Origin: Pseudomonas phage BRkr
DNA length: 64,000 bases
Sequence record: LC765218.1
Direction: 5' to 3' (one strand)
The translations under genes and the position numbers were made by a program. Numbering within the stretch: the first letter of the stretch is position 1; each line of letters starts with the position of its first letter. The notes beneath the pieces were generated by a model. That model worked only from the letters and a program-made list of their open reading frames with translations, did no database searches and was not told the DNA's origin. Below are positions 1-9,433 of this stretch, in pieces.

Positions 1-309
1 ATCTGGGGTAGGGGGAAACGTAAAGATGTTGTAACGAATGGGTTGTACTGCATTGTCCATCTTGGGACCGGTAAGTTCGTCATGGGGCGAAGTAAAACAG
101 TCTCTAAAGATGTAGACCAATTGATCGCACGCATTAAAGGACAAGCTAGCCCTTGGCCTAAGATGAATCGATTGATGGAAGGTGATCCAGAAAACAGTGA
201 TCTGGAATTGTTGGAGTTTCCTGCAAGTCAAGCAGAAGCCAAACAAATCGAAGGTCGCATTCGGATCGCCCTAAAAGAAACGCAGTATAGCTATCTGTTA
301 CTCAATTGA
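1..309 (+). CDS. Hypothetical protein, 5' partial. Reading frame is open from the window edge; the track ORF begins at 43.
   Basis: The frame of ORF 43..309 has no stop codon back to base 1. A hairpin terminator follows at 308-333. Confidence 0.4.
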   Translation: MWGRGKRKDVVTNGLYCIVHLGTGKFVMGRSKTVSKDVDQLIARIKGQASPWPKMNRLMEGDPENSDLELLEFPASQAEAKQIEGRIRIALKETQYSYLLLN

Positions 310-333
310 GGACCTTCGGGTCCTCTTTATTCC
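308..333 (+). terminator. Intrinsic terminator hairpin GAGGACC-TTCG-GGTCCTC followed by TTTATTCC.
   Basis: UUCG tetraloop stem plus a U-rich tail after gene 1..309. Confidence 0.55.
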
Positions 334-346
334 CTTAGGAGCGAAC

Positions 347-991
347 ATGTCTAATGTAGTTGATGTTGCAGGAACTGTATCTGGTATGGCCATTCAACCG
401 AACAACCCTGTATTCGAGATGTCGCATGTACTCGAACAAAAGGTAGCAGATATCCAGAAGGCGATTGTTAATCAATTCGAAGGTAATGACTACGTTATTT
501 ATACGCGTCGTGCTGACGAACTGCCGCAAGCACGTTTCACCATTGGTCTTGGTCGAACCGGGTTACCTGAATTTGTTACCATGGGTCTTACTGAAAAAGA
601 TTACGTGCGTGACATTTTCCGTGCAGCTGCTGTAGCCGCAGATACTGTTGATATTGAGGAACGGGATCTGTACAACGCTGGAGACTGGGCAGACTATCTG
701 AACGAAAAGCTGTTGTCGACCAAAAATCTTCGCTACTACTATCGGTTCATTCCTATTGACTCCGAACAGTTCATGCATGGAGTTGGTTTGAACTGCGGCC
801 GTTTTTATGGACAGAACTCCGACCGTGTACGTGTAGTGCAATTGATTTACTCCCTGGATGGGTATTTCCCTGATGAAGAAGGTTATCCTTCTAATCTCAT
901 CGATCAACCTATCCTCCCGCAAATCCCTTACGGTTACCCGCATCGTGCATCTACACGTTTCGCTGGTACCGATAACCGTTGGTTGAATTGA
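347..991 (+). CDS. Hypothetical protein, 214 aa.
   Basis: Long ORF with a GGAGCGAAC-ATG ribosome-binding site, no overlapping alternative, tight spacing to neighbours. Confidence 0.6.
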   Translation: MSNVVDVAGTVSGMAIQPNNPVFEMSHVLEQKVADIQKAIVNQFEGNDYVIYTRRADELPQARFTIGLGRTGLPEFVTMGLTEKDYVRDIFRAAAVAADTVDIEERDLYNAGDWADYLNEKLLSTKNLRYYYRFIPIDSEQFMHGVGLNCGRFYGQNSDRVRVVQLIYSLDGYFPDEEGYPSNLIDQPILPQIPYGYPHRASTRFAGTDNRWLN

Positions 992-998
992 GGTAAAC

Positions 999-1229
999 AT
1001 GGAAAAGAAATTCAAATGTGGTACGTTCATTCTCACCAATAATCAGGTAAAGAATGCCAAAGGTGAGATCTATATGGAAGCAGATCAACCGGGTCGAATC
1101 ATGGTAGTCGATCCGGCAAAAGCTCCATTGATGTATGGTATTCGTCGAGATGAAACCACCATCAATTACGTGTATGTCACTGAAACTGATATCCGTGTAA
1201 ATCCGGCGTTCCCTCTACCAAGTCTGTGA
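999..1229 (+). CDS. Hypothetical protein, 76 aa.
   Basis: GAGGTAAAC-ATG ribosome-binding site 8 nt after the previous stop. Confidence 0.5.
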   Translation: MEKKFKCGTFILTNNQVKNAKGEIYMEADQPGRIMVVDPAKAPLMYGIRRDETTINYVYVTETDIRVNPAFPLPSL

Positions 1230-1236
1230 GGTAAGC

Positions 1237-1596
1237 ATGGTATTTAACTGGGATACATCGGGAGCGAATAATATTCGTAACCTGATGCTCCCCGTTCAAT
1301 CGCCGTACTACATGAAGGTCTCGACCGAAGATGGTCGGGATCTTTTGTGGTTCGTTCGAAAGCGCGGTGAGAAGATTGCTGAATGGATCACTTCTTATGT
1401 TAATGAGGAGTTGGTCCGGTGGAAAGACTTCAAAACAGCTCAGCTTATGCTGGCACATGTAACCACTCAACCTGACCTACCTAAGTTGATCCTGGCAATG
1501 GGTGAAACTCCGGGTAATTACAAAGTTAAACTTGTGTATCTCCGCGATCATGAGATTGCGGCAAGTACAACTATCTCAATCGCTAAAGAGGAATAA
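1237..1596 (+). CDS. Hypothetical protein, 119 aa.
   Basis: GAGGTAAGC-ATG ribosome-binding site, operon-like packing. Confidence 0.55.
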   Translation: MVFNWDTSGANNIRNLMLPVQSPYYMKVSTEDGRDLLWFVRKRGEKIAEWITSYVNEELVRWKDFKTAQLMLAHVTTQPDLPKLILAMGETPGNYKVKLVYLRDHEIAASTTISIAKEE

Positions 1597-1599
1597 GTC

Positions 1600-2079
1600 A
1601 TGGCCTATAGCCTGGGTATCGCTGTACGTGATAGTTCGGTATTGATCGTCACCAACGATTTCAAATACGAGAACATTGTTCTGTTTAAACCTATCAATGG
1701 CATGAAGATCGAAGGTGCTTCTGTTCATCTGGTATGCATCTGCTTCGGTGACAAAGAGAAGCGTTCTCTGGTTCACGAGATCATGACCAACAACGAACGG
1801 ACCGACTACAGTCGTGAAGACATTCTGGCCATGATGACCGAGCATGGTGTGGAACTTCGCGTTATCGCCGACAAAGTGGTCCATGTATTCCAGAACATCC
1901 GGGATGTGGCTACACACGGGATCATCGATTCCAATACCACTACCTTCTGGTTTGGCGATACGGAGCATCGTAAACTGTTCTTCCCGTATTGTGGTAAAGA
2001 AGGTAAACCTTTCCGTCAAGCTTATCGTGACGAAGAACTCTGTCGTGTATTCGAGTTCGTAACCGTTATCAACCTGTAA
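1600..2079 (+). CDS. Hypothetical protein, 159 aa.
   Basis: AAGAGGAATAAGTC-ATG ribosome-binding site. Terminator hairpin at 2090-2117 follows. Confidence 0.55.
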   Translation: MAYSLGIAVRDSSVLIVTNDFKYENIVLFKPINGMKIEGASVHLVCICFGDKEKRSLVHEIMTNNERTDYSREDILAMMTEHGVELRVIADKVVHVFQNIRDVATHGIIDSNTTTFWFGDTEHRKLFFPYCGKEGKPFRQAYRDEELCRVFEFVTVINL

Positions 2080-2089
2080 CAACATAATT

Positions 2090-2117
2090 GCCCTCCTTCG
2101 GGAGGGCTTCTATTTCG
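2090..2117 (+). terminator. Hairpin GCCCTCC-TTCG-GGAGGGC followed by TTCTATTTCG.
   Basis: UUCG tetraloop stem after gene 1600..2079. Confidence 0.55.
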
Positions 2118-2135
2118 TAAAGAGGAAAATCAAAA

Positions 2136-2516
2136 ATGAAACGTAAACTCGTAGATGTACAAGGTCTTCCCCGGCTTATCGTCGAACGTATCTCCAAACA
2201 TCGCATGCATCACCATAAGGATCGTGGTTGCAGTCCGCTGATTGTATTCGAACTGAATACCGCCCTCACTCGCATGGAAGTTCTTCTAGAGGCATTGTCT
2301 AAGATTGATTTCTATGACATGTCTCTTGTTCATGATCAGATCTTGTTTGACACAGAAGATGGCGATAACATCATCGCTATCTTCACTTCTTTCCAACGTC
2401 AGTTCATTGGACGCAATCCAACGACTGTTCTGCTTTTCGATGCAATTATCGACCTGTGCACTACTCTCCACATTCGCGACGAAGAATGGTGGGTTGAATA
2501 TAGCCGTTTCAATTAA
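2136..2516 (+). CDS. Hypothetical protein, 126 aa.
   Basis: AAGAGGAAAATCAAAA-ATG ribosome-binding site. Confidence 0.55.
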   Translation: MKRKLVDVQGLPRLIVERISKHRMHHHKDRGCSPLIVFELNTALTRMEVLLEALSKIDFYDMSLVHDQILFDTEDGDNIIAIFTSFQRQFIGRNPTTVLLFDAIIDLCTTLHIRDEEWWVEYSRFN

Positions 2517-2533
2517 CCAAAAGGAATATACAA

Positions 2534-3049
2534 ATGAAACATATCGTAGTTTATGGTAAGCAGGGTGTAATCATCGCACGTGATAAAGCCAATGAAGATA
2601 CGGACATCCGTTTCGATTGGGGTATGCGGCGAGAAGGCGAGGAAGATCTTGTAACCTATCGCGGTGAAACCGCGAAGCTTTTGGTTATCCAGTCTGGCGA
2701 TTGGGCAGCAAATGAACTTGTCCGTAATCGTCTAAAAATTCTTGACTTTGGTGGAAATATCATCGATGTCGATATCATCGATGCTCTTACCGATGAACTG
2801 GGGAATCATAAAGGCGATATCTGTGTCGCTCTTTTTACTGACCATTCGGTAACCACATTCACCCGAGATTACTCTGACAACAGTACTAGGGTCATCACAG
2901 ATATCTATCCCGAAACTGGTATGAGTTTCGTTAAGTCTCCTGACGTTGATCTCGATGGACTGGAGGACGCCGATACCCTCGATGAATTCTCCCAGTTGTT
3001 CTGGAAGGATCTTGATCTGATCATTAACGGATGGTACGAATTCAAATGA
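2534..3049 (+). CDS. Hypothetical protein, 171 aa.
   Basis: AAAAGGAATATACAA-ATG ribosome-binding site. Confidence 0.55.
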   Translation: MKHIVVYGKQGVIIARDKANEDTDIRFDWGMRREGEEDLVTYRGETAKLLVIQSGDWAANELVRNRLKILDFGGNIIDVDIIDALTDELGNHKGDICVALFTDHSVTTFTRDYSDNSTRVITDIYPETGMSFVKSPDVDLDGLEDADTLDEFSQLFWKDLDLIINGWYEFK

Positions 3050-3489
3050 GTGCTTTCATTCCTCAATGGCGTCGTGACACCAATAACATCGACCATAAAT
3101 ACGGCTTCGAACTGGCTGCATACGGTAACACCAACGGTTCCGGTATCTATGCTTTCATCGAACGTCACGTCAAATACGTAAACAAGAAAAAGAAACAGGA
3201 ACATGATGAAGTTATTCAAGTAATTCATCTTGGTAAACCGTATATCCGTAACTGGGTACATTACCCGGTAATCAATTCTACTGATCTCGGTTTGTTGTTC
3301 GGTCATGATGATGACATGCTTGACGATGCTTACAACCGTATTCAAACTGCGGAGTACGTATCGGTAGAGTTGATGGAATCTATTTCAAAAGAATATCAGG
3401 TCTATATCACAGCTGTGATTGACGATATCAAATACGTGTTCAGTCCTGAACGCACATTCAAGTCTGATGAGGGTTATGAAAATGGCTAA
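3046..3489 (+). CDS. Hypothetical protein, 147 aa. Start moved to the ATG that overlaps the upstream stop as ATGA.
   Basis: Same frame as track ORF 3031..3489. The ATGA start/stop overlap is typical of this block. Confidence 0.5.
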   Translation: MSAFIPQWRRDTNNIDHKYGFELAAYGNTNGSGIYAFIERHVKYVNKKKKQEHDEVIQVIHLGKPYIRNWVHYPVINSTDLGLLFGHDDDMLDDAYNRIQTAEYVSVELMESISKEYQVYITAVIDDIKYVFSPERTFKSDEGYENG

Positions 3490-4000
3490 GTCTAAGGAAC
3501 AGAAGAAAGCAGAAGCATTGGAACGTGCTCGTCATGCGTATCTGCGTGACAATCTTTACACCTTCTGCGGTTATATGCCTGGCGGTTCTCACTGGATTAT
3601 TGACGGTGATCCGAACGAACAACTTGAAGGGATGTTGGTCCAATGCAAATTGGTGATGGATAAGGTGAAAGAGCTCAAGCTCGAAAATCTGACTGCCAAC
3701 AAATCCATGTGGACCACCATGACAAGTTGGGATCCGCTGCATGTATTTACGTTCCTGATTGGACGTAAAGAAAATTTGTTGGAGTTGATCCGACAAATGC
3801 ATGATGCCCACTGCGCTGAAATGCCCGAGGGTGATCCGTGCCGCCGTGATCTTTACGGTAATGGTTTCGTTCGGGAAGAAGAACTGAATAAGTTCGTTAA
3901 ATGGTTGAAAGTAAGTCATCCGAAGTTCTTCACCACCTACAACTGGATGTCCTATAACGAAATTATCAAACCCGTCCAACCTAAAGTTACAACTGCTTAA
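3482..4000 (+). CDS. Hypothetical protein, 172 aa, N-terminus MAKSKEQKKAEALE.
   Basis: Same frame as track ORF 3419..4000. A GAGGGTT ribosome-binding site precedes ATGAAAATGGCT. The initiation region resembles the one at 5978. Confidence 0.5.
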   Translation: MAKSKEQKKAEALERARHAYLRDNLYTFCGYMPGGSHWIIDGDPNEQLEGMLVQCKLVMDKVKELKLENLTANKSMWTTMTSWDPLHVFTFLIGRKENLLELIRQMHDAHCAEMPEGDPCRRDLYGNGFVREEELNKFVKWLKVSHPKFFTTYNWMSYNEIIKPVQPKVTTA

Positions 4001-4026
4001 TTCCATCAAGCCCTGAGGAAATAGAA

Positions 4027-4482
4027 ATGCCTAAAGTTAATTCCATGCTCGAAAACAAACTCCGTGATCTGGCCAAGGACGAGCGTTACTACGCTGTGCT
4101 GACCGAACTGTTCCCGGCCATGATGCGTACCATGCCGTCTGGTCTGAACTACAAACCTGGTCGTGAAGGTGTTGTCGAGTTCCATCATCGCCTGGCTGAA
4201 CTGAATGACATCGTTCGTGAGATTGATGTCAGTTGGGGTGGTATGCCGATTGAAGACGAACCTTTCGTTAAATTGGCTACCATCGATTCTCTGGTGGTTC
4301 TTTCCACTCCGGCTGGTGTCCGTAAGTATGTTCACCAATGGCGTGATATCTGTAAAGCGCTGGAACTACCGGCAGACTCCGATGTATGGCGTGCACGTCA
4401 ACCTGAAGGGGTTGATATGAAATCTGTCTGGGCTGAGTTCCAGGAGGAACTCATTGCTTATCTACGCGAGGTAGTAGTCTAA
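4027..4482 (+). CDS. Hypothetical protein, 151 aa, paralog of the next gene.
   Basis: GAGGAAATAGAA-ATG ribosome-binding site. Shares the ENKLRDL...YYAVLTELFPAMMRTMPSGLNYK pattern with 4482..4943. Confidence 0.6.
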   Translation: MPKVNSMLENKLRDLAKDERYYAVLTELFPAMMRTMPSGLNYKPGREGVVEFHHRLAELNDIVREIDVSWGGMPIEDEPFVKLATIDSLVVLSTPAGVRKYVHQWRDICKALELPADSDVWRARQPEGVDMKSVWAEFQEELIAYLREVVV

Positions 4483-4943
4483 TGGCTAAAGCAACCACCA
4501 ACCCCATTATCCAGGAAAAACTGAACGAACTGCGATACGATAGCGACTGGCTTTACTACATGTCTATCCAATTTCCGAGTTGGATGTCCATGACGCCCGG
4601 AGCATCGAACTATAAAAACAGCATGACTCCAGATGAGTATTACGCACATATCCAAGCCTGGCGTTCGATGACGGATGATCTGATTCGTGTTCGTGAGGTT
4701 CTTGGTATCAGCATGAGCGGAATGACCAGTGAAACTCTGGTTCATTTGGATGTTAATGAAGTTATGCGTGAGTTCAGTCTGTCGGCTACACTGCGTAACC
4801 ATCGGAACCAATGGAAAGCTAATATGCTTTACCTAGGTCTTGATTGCGGCGACCACCTCTGGCGTCCAAAAGAAAGAGAGCTGGTAGTTGGTCAAACTGA
4901 GTGGGCTCGTTTCCGCGAGGCCATCATCAATGGCGTTTACTAA
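4482..4943 (+). CDS. Hypothetical protein, 153 aa, tandem paralog of 4027..4482.
   Basis: Start overlaps the upstream stop (TAATG). N-terminal half aligns with the previous protein: QEKLNELRYDSDWLYYMSIQFPSWMSMTPGASNYK. Confidence 0.6.
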   Translation: MAKATTNPIIQEKLNELRYDSDWLYYMSIQFPSWMSMTPGASNYKNSMTPDEYYAHIQAWRSMTDDLIRVREVLGISMSGMTSETLVHLDVNEVMREFSLSATLRNHRNQWKANMLYLGLDCGDHLWRPKERELVVGQTEWARFREAIINGVY

Positions 4944-4952
4944 GGAACTAAA

Positions 4953-5546
4953 ATGAAAAAGCTTACTCTGGAAGCCCTCCGAGGCAAACTACATGCAATG
5001 GCTTTTCTGCGGGTCAACTATCATGGTTGGATCATTCAACGTAATCGTGCAGCTGGCTACGATTTGATTAATATCGTTTATGACGATACCACTATCCTGG
5101 TAGGTACAGACGATCCCAAGCGGATTGGTTCTTTCAACAAATGGATGTCGGGTGTAGAGAAAGGTTATCTCGAACCGGTTAATGCCACCATTCGAAAGAT
5201 GTATTTGTCTCCTGAAGCTTTAGTCATGAATGGTGATTCCGAGGGTATGGATCTGGATGATCACCTCGGTTTCATCGGAGACGTACTTGGTAAGAATATC
5301 CAGGTCATAAAAGATGCTCGTCGTGAAAACAGTTTTGGTCATTATGTTCTAAAAGATGACAAGCTGTGGTACGTACACTACATGCCAAGTATCTACAAAG
5401 TCAATACGGGTGAAATGTTGTTCACCTGTTTTGAAGGTGAATACAAAAGTATTCCAGAATATCCGCAAACTTACGCTCCGGTAAGAATGCAGTTCAAGGT
5501 CGAATATAACCTTTCTGGTCGAGTGGAGCATCATGATGGAGACTAA
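4953..5546 (+). CDS. Hypothetical protein, 197 aa.
   Basis: TAAGGAACTAAA-ATG ribosome-binding site. Confidence 0.6.
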   Translation: MKKLTLEALRGKLHAMAFLRVNYHGWIIQRNRAAGYDLINIVYDDTTILVGTDDPKRIGSFNKWMSGVEKGYLEPVNATIRKMYLSPEALVMNGDSEGMDLDDHLGFIGDVLGKNIQVIKDARRENSFGHYVLKDDKLWYVHYMPSIYKVNTGEMLFTCFEGEYKSIPEYPQTYAPVRMQFKVEYNLSGRVEHHDGD

Positions 5547-6042
5547 AAAATCGACAAAGACACGTCGTCAAATCGCTGCATTTAAAAGAGCATTCGAATC
5601 ATGGATGGTGACGATTCGTAAGTTTCATTCTTACTCTGGTAAAGGTACACCAGATGTCAGTGTGATGACCGATCTCCTTCATTGCCATAGGAATCTTCTA
5701 TGTGTAGCGAAAGAAAACGGTATCTACATGGACGTGATGGGAGTAGATCCTGCTAACCACACTGTCTATGAACATGCGAGTTGGTTGCTTTCGTATTCCT
5801 ATTGGGACACGATCGTACATCTGAACTTTCAACTACCAAAGAACAAGTTTAAAATCTGGTCAGAACATCCCGTTAGCGAGAGACGTGCTTTCGGGAAAGC
5901 ACTTAATGTTCTTGCACTGGCTTTCAAACATTACGATGAACACAAAGAACTCCTCCGTGAGTTTAGGGATATTGAAAATGGCAAAAACGCAAAAGCAGAA
6001 AGCGCTGGAAGCAGCAACCCGGAAGCTGATCAAGTTCTATAG
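5533..6042 (+). CDS. Hypothetical protein, 169 aa.
   Basis: Start overlaps the previous gene's end. Long ORF. Confidence 0.5.
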   Translation: MMETKKSTKTRRQIAAFKRAFESWMVTIRKFHSYSGKGTPDVSVMTDLLHCHRNLLCVAKENGIYMDVMGVDPANHTVYEHASWLLSYSYWDTIVHLNFQLPKNKFKIWSEHPVSERRAFGKALNVLALAFKHYDEHKELLREFRDIENGKNAKAESAGSSNPEADQVL

Positions 6043-6424
6043 TGATACGTTTCCGATGTTGATCGTAGCTATCGAAATGTGCGAGGGTGATGGTTCCGAC
6101 CATCGCCTTCGTGCGGTATTCGATGCCTATAAAAAGACCTGTAAGATGGCAGAAGAGGCAGGAGTTGATCTTAGCCTCTATGGGGTCAAGCTAACTGACG
6201 TTGATACATTCACTAGTTTCCGCTGGTTCATCGAAGGTGACTATATTTGGGACATGATCAAGAAGCTCAATAAGGCGAAATATGATCAGGTTTCAGATCT
6301 TCCTCGCCTGACCGAATGGAGTGAGTTAGACGGCCATCAAAAACTTCAGTTCGCTCAAGGTCGTAATTACATCATCGATCGGCTTAAAGAAAAAGCCACT
6401 TGCGACCGATTCAAAAACTATTAA
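5978..6424 (+). CDS. Hypothetical protein, 148 aa, N-terminus MAKTQKQKALEAA. Overlaps the end of 5533..6042 by 64 nt.
   Basis: Same frame as track ORF 5885..6424. The ATTGAAA-ATGGCAAAA initiation region is near-identical to that of 3482. Confidence 0.4.
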   Translation: MAKTQKQKALEAATRKLIKFYSDTFPMLIVAIEMCEGDGSDHRLRAVFDAYKKTCKMAEEAGVDLSLYGVKLTDVDTFTSFRWFIEGDYIWDMIKKLNKAKYDQVSDLPRLTEWSELDGHQKLQFAQGRNYIIDRLKEKATCDRFKNY

Positions 6425-6431
6425 AAGGAGA

Positions 6432-6953
6432 TTGAAAATGACTAAGACTCTTCATGTCGTACGTGTCCGGGACGGTATCGTCGATAGCCTCAATAACGAG
6501 GGTTTGTGGATCGACAAACATGTAAACTGTCTTGAAGACAAATGGGAAGCTTACAAGCAGACCGTTCAGTTTCAAAACATGAACTGGGGTACTCTGTACT
6601 TCGTTAGCGAGGTCGATCCGAGCACTGGTGGTGACCTTACTCCTTATCGTTATCATGAGGTATGGATCTGTCAGCGAGGTGTTGTACAGAAGCTGGATCT
6701 GGTCGGTGATCTCGAAACTGGTATGATTGGTCCTGACCATGTCGTTGCGATTGTAACCACAAACGACGGTATAGAATATGGTTTCGTAAACAGTGTCTGG
6801 GGTGATCGTCTGGATCACAGCCATTACTACGGAGATGCTATTATGCTCCCGTGTGAAAATGCACAAGAGGCAGCAGCAGTAAATCGTATTCTGGAGAAAC
6901 TCTCGAATGGGATTACTCTGTCGGTTCCTCTTGTAATGAAACGGATTAAATAA
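6432..6953 (+). CDS. Hypothetical protein, 173 aa.
   Basis: AAAAGGAGATTGAAA-ATG ribosome-binding site. Confidence 0.6.
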   Translation: MKMTKTLHVVRVRDGIVDSLNNEGLWIDKHVNCLEDKWEAYKQTVQFQNMNWGTLYFVSEVDPSTGGDLTPYRYHEVWICQRGVVQKLDLVGDLETGMIGPDHVVAIVTTNDGIEYGFVNSVWGDRLDHSHYYGDAIMLPCENAQEAAAVNRILEKLSNGITLSVPLVMKRIK

Positions 6954-6966
6954 CGGAGTACTTCCC

Positions 6967-7326
6967 ATGGACTACAAATGGCACGGTAAGATCGTTGTAG
7001 AGATTCACGGTAGTGGTTGCAGCAATGGATCCGGTGTAAGTTATCTGGTACGGGAGGGTTCCAAAAAGCATGATCAACGAGACTATGCTATTATTTCCCG
7101 TATCGGATTCCAAGATACCTTGTTACTCGATGAGCATGAGGTCGAAGACTATCTGAATAACGTAGCTCCTTCGATCGCTCATGCCATTTGGGAGTCCGAA
7201 GGGCGGCCGAGTGATAATCGCATGAATATCCGTGCTCTACGTGTAGACATGGACAGTCTGTTCAATAGGTTCCAGATTTATTCTGGAAGTCCTATCGATA
7301 TGGACGATAGCTACAAGGCCGTGTAA
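6967..7326 (+). CDS. Hypothetical protein, 119 aa.
   Basis: GGAGTACTTCCC-ATG ribosome-binding site. A long perfect hairpin follows at 7324-7372. Confidence 0.55.
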   Translation: MDYKWHGKIVVEIHGSGCSNGSGVSYLVREGSKKHDQRDYAIISRIGFQDTLLLDEHEVEDYLNNVAPSIAHAIWESEGRPSDNRMNIRALRVDMDSLFNRFQIYSGSPIDMDDSYKAV

Positions 7327-7390
7327 GGCTCATAGACGATGGATGTTGTAAAAGGCATCCATCGTATGAGTTTATCAAGAGAAACGCATC

Positions 7391-7906
7391 ATGGACAAAC
7401 CAGAGCTGTTGTATCATGGCTCTCTCTACAAACAGAAGGAACTCATGCCAGGCTTTAAAAGGTCCGGTAAGTTAACAGTGTGGGATGGGGTTGAGTCTAA
7501 CCTAAATCTTTACGCTACCTCTGTCAAACGAGAAGCTGAACTACTTGGAATAGGTAGCGCTGTAGAAAAAGAGTTTAACTCTGATCGCTTCGTTGAGATC
7601 AATGGCGACATATGGATCTTCTCCGATCGATTAATCACACTTGAAGAATTCCTCAAGTTGACGATCTATGTTTACACTATTCCCTTCCGCGATTCAGATG
7701 GATGGCAGAAGAATAATAATCCGTATAACAACATTGATACTGAATGGACTACTCGGAAGACTATCCACAATGTCACAGTTGAAGAGGTAGACCTTCGTGA
7801 AGTTATGAAGGGTAAAGTTGTTACTTCGACTACTGCGCCCATGGATACAGATTTCAAGGTTCTTCTGCGTCGATATCCGAAAGACGTATTGATGTATAAA
7901 TTCTGA
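7391..7906 (+). CDS. Hypothetical protein, 171 aa.
   Basis: Long ORF. Terminator hairpin at 7905-7932 follows. Confidence 0.55.
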   Translation: MDKPELLYHGSLYKQKELMPGFKRSGKLTVWDGVESNLNLYATSVKREAELLGIGSAVEKEFNSDRFVEINGDIWIFSDRLITLEEFLKLTIYVYTIPFRDSDGWQKNNNPYNNIDTEWTTRKTIHNVTVEEVDLREVMKGKVVTSTTAPMDTDFKVLLRRYPKDVLMYKF

Positions 7907-7932
7907 GAGCTCTTCGGAGCTCTCTTTATTTC
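7905..7932 (+). terminator. Hairpin GAGAGCTC-TTCG-GAGCTCTC followed by TTTATTTCC.
   Basis: Perfect 8-bp stem with UUCG loop after gene 7391..7906. Confidence 0.55.
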
Positions 7933-7947
7933 CTCACGAGGTTTGAT

Positions 7948-8184
7948 ATGCTGACAGTTATCTTTAAGAGACATGACAAGCGTCATGAGCTCTGTATTGG
8001 CAATCCTGAAGATCTTATCGCTCTGTTGATTGTATTGCAGAATAGCGATGAGGTCAGTGAATATAAAGTTATTAACTCCGATTCAGGTGTAGTTAAAGAC
8101 TTTAAGATTTCTTTTGGTTGGGGTAATGAGTTCTTTAGTAAGAATGCTCCTGATGGTTTCACCTGGAGCAATAACCTTATCTAA
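7948..8184 (+). CDS. Hypothetical protein, 78 aa.
   Basis: ACGAGGTTTGAT-ATG ribosome-binding site. Terminator at 8226-8259 follows. Confidence 0.5.
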   Translation: MLTVIFKRHDKRHELCIGNPEDLIALLIVLQNSDEVSEYKVINSDSGVVKDFKISFGWGNEFFSKNAPDGFTWSNNLI

Positions 8185-8225
8185 AAAAAGTTAAGGAATT
8201 TTATACTGGATCACCTTGATCTAAT

Positions 8226-8259
8226 GAGGGGGAGATTACCCCTCTTTATTCTTCTTTTA
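8226..8259 (+). terminator. Hairpin GAGGGG-GAGATTA-CCCCTC followed by TTTATTCTTCTTTT.
   Basis: GC stem plus a T-rich tail after gene 7948..8184. Confidence 0.55.
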
Positions 8260-8426
8260 ATATACACTACCTTTAGGTACATCCGAAATGAGTATTAAAC
8301 TCCCAATACAATCCAGCATAATAGTTCCTCGGATAGCAGCTACCTCAAGAGTAGCTGTACCGAGTAAGAATACACTCCCCACCCCCGTTGTATGTAATTA
8401 CTTTAACCAAAAGAGGAAAATGCGAC

Positions 8427-9224
8427 ATGGCTAAATTCATTGGTATCTACGACCGTTTCGATATGGAGAAGGTCAAACAGGTTTTCAAGCTAACTGAACT
8501 TGACGATCTGGAAATCATTCCCTGTAATGGAGAGAACTTGCTGACTGGTGTAGTCGCTTACACTGGTGGTAACATCAGTCGTTATATGGAAGAGCAGCTT
8601 CATCAGGCTAAACTGATTCTGAATGGCCTCGGTATCTATTGCGAACACAATGAAGTCGACGTAGAAGATTCCAGCGCCACTAAGGTATACCTTGGACCGC
8701 ATGGTGATCTGTATCTGCTTTGTAAGAGCCATGTAGACTTCTTCGGAATGTCCCGTGAAGAAACCTGTTCACTGGGTATTGGTGATGGGTTCGCTCGTCC
8801 TGTTCAAATCCGTACCGACAACAACGAACACCTGTTCATTCGTGAGTTCTACTTCATGGGTGAACATAACGCACTGCGAAATGCGCGCCGCTATTTGCAG
8901 CACATCGTTCGCCGGAGTCGTCTCCTGAAAGAATCGGATATGGAGGAGATTTCTCGTCGAGCTGCTGGTAAGGTTACCATCATCGGAATTACTAGCCACG
9001 GTGTTGTCTACGATCTGGTTTCTCCGAAAGCGATCAAACAAATCCACAACATTCAATGGCGTCTGGATCCGATTGCTGAGCGTGTGGCTGGTTACACGAT
9101 CTATCAGGTTACCAGTAAATGCCGTGAACTTCCAGTAGCAACTAAATGGTCTCTGTTGGCTCTGGCTGATCGTGACTATCGTGATGCTATTAACCAATTC
9201 CTCCCGGAACAAGGTACCGAATAA
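8427..9224 (+). CDS. Hypothetical protein, 265 aa. Start reset to MAKFIGIY.
   Basis: Same frame as track ORF 8388..9224. AAGAGGA ribosome-binding site 8 nt upstream of the ATG at 8427. Confidence 0.6.
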   Translation: MAKFIGIYDRFDMEKVKQVFKLTELDDLEIIPCNGENLLTGVVAYTGGNISRYMEEQLHQAKLILNGLGIYCEHNEVDVEDSSATKVYLGPHGDLYLLCKSHVDFFGMSREETCSLGIGDGFARPVQIRTDNNEHLFIREFYFMGEHNALRNARRYLQHIVRRSRLLKESDMEEISRRAAGKVTIIGITSHGVVYDLVSPKAIKQIHNIQWRLDPIAERVAGYTIYQVTSKCRELPVATKWSLLALADRDYRDAINQFLPEQGTE

Positions 9225-9433
9225 TGTACTCTATCGCCTGGAATCAACTCGTTGACGATATTCTCAGTAAAGGCGTACTGCCTGTAACCATGAAAGCTAA
9301 AGCTGAGATGCCTACTCGGGCAAGACCACAGGTGATAACTGCATACGCGGACGGGATCTTCCCCGTCCGTGATATGTCGTGTCTTCCACATTCTCGTAAA
9401 TCGGTTTATTACAAACAAGGAAATGAAGTATGA
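9224..9433 (+). CDS. Hypothetical protein, 69 aa.
   Basis: Start overlaps the upstream stop (TAATG). Fills the gap between neighbouring genes. Confidence 0.35.
   Translation: MYSIAWNQLVDDILSKGVLPVTMKAKAEMPTRARPQVITAYADGIFPVRDMSCLPHSRKSVYYKQGNEV

Noticed and set aside
7324-7372. A long perfect hairpin CTCATAGACGATGGATG-TTGTAAAAGG-CATCCATCGTATGAG, considered as a recombination site or attP.
   Set aside because: It is a single copy with no flanking integrase or direct repeats. It is most simply an unusually long terminator or attenuator after gene 6967..7326.
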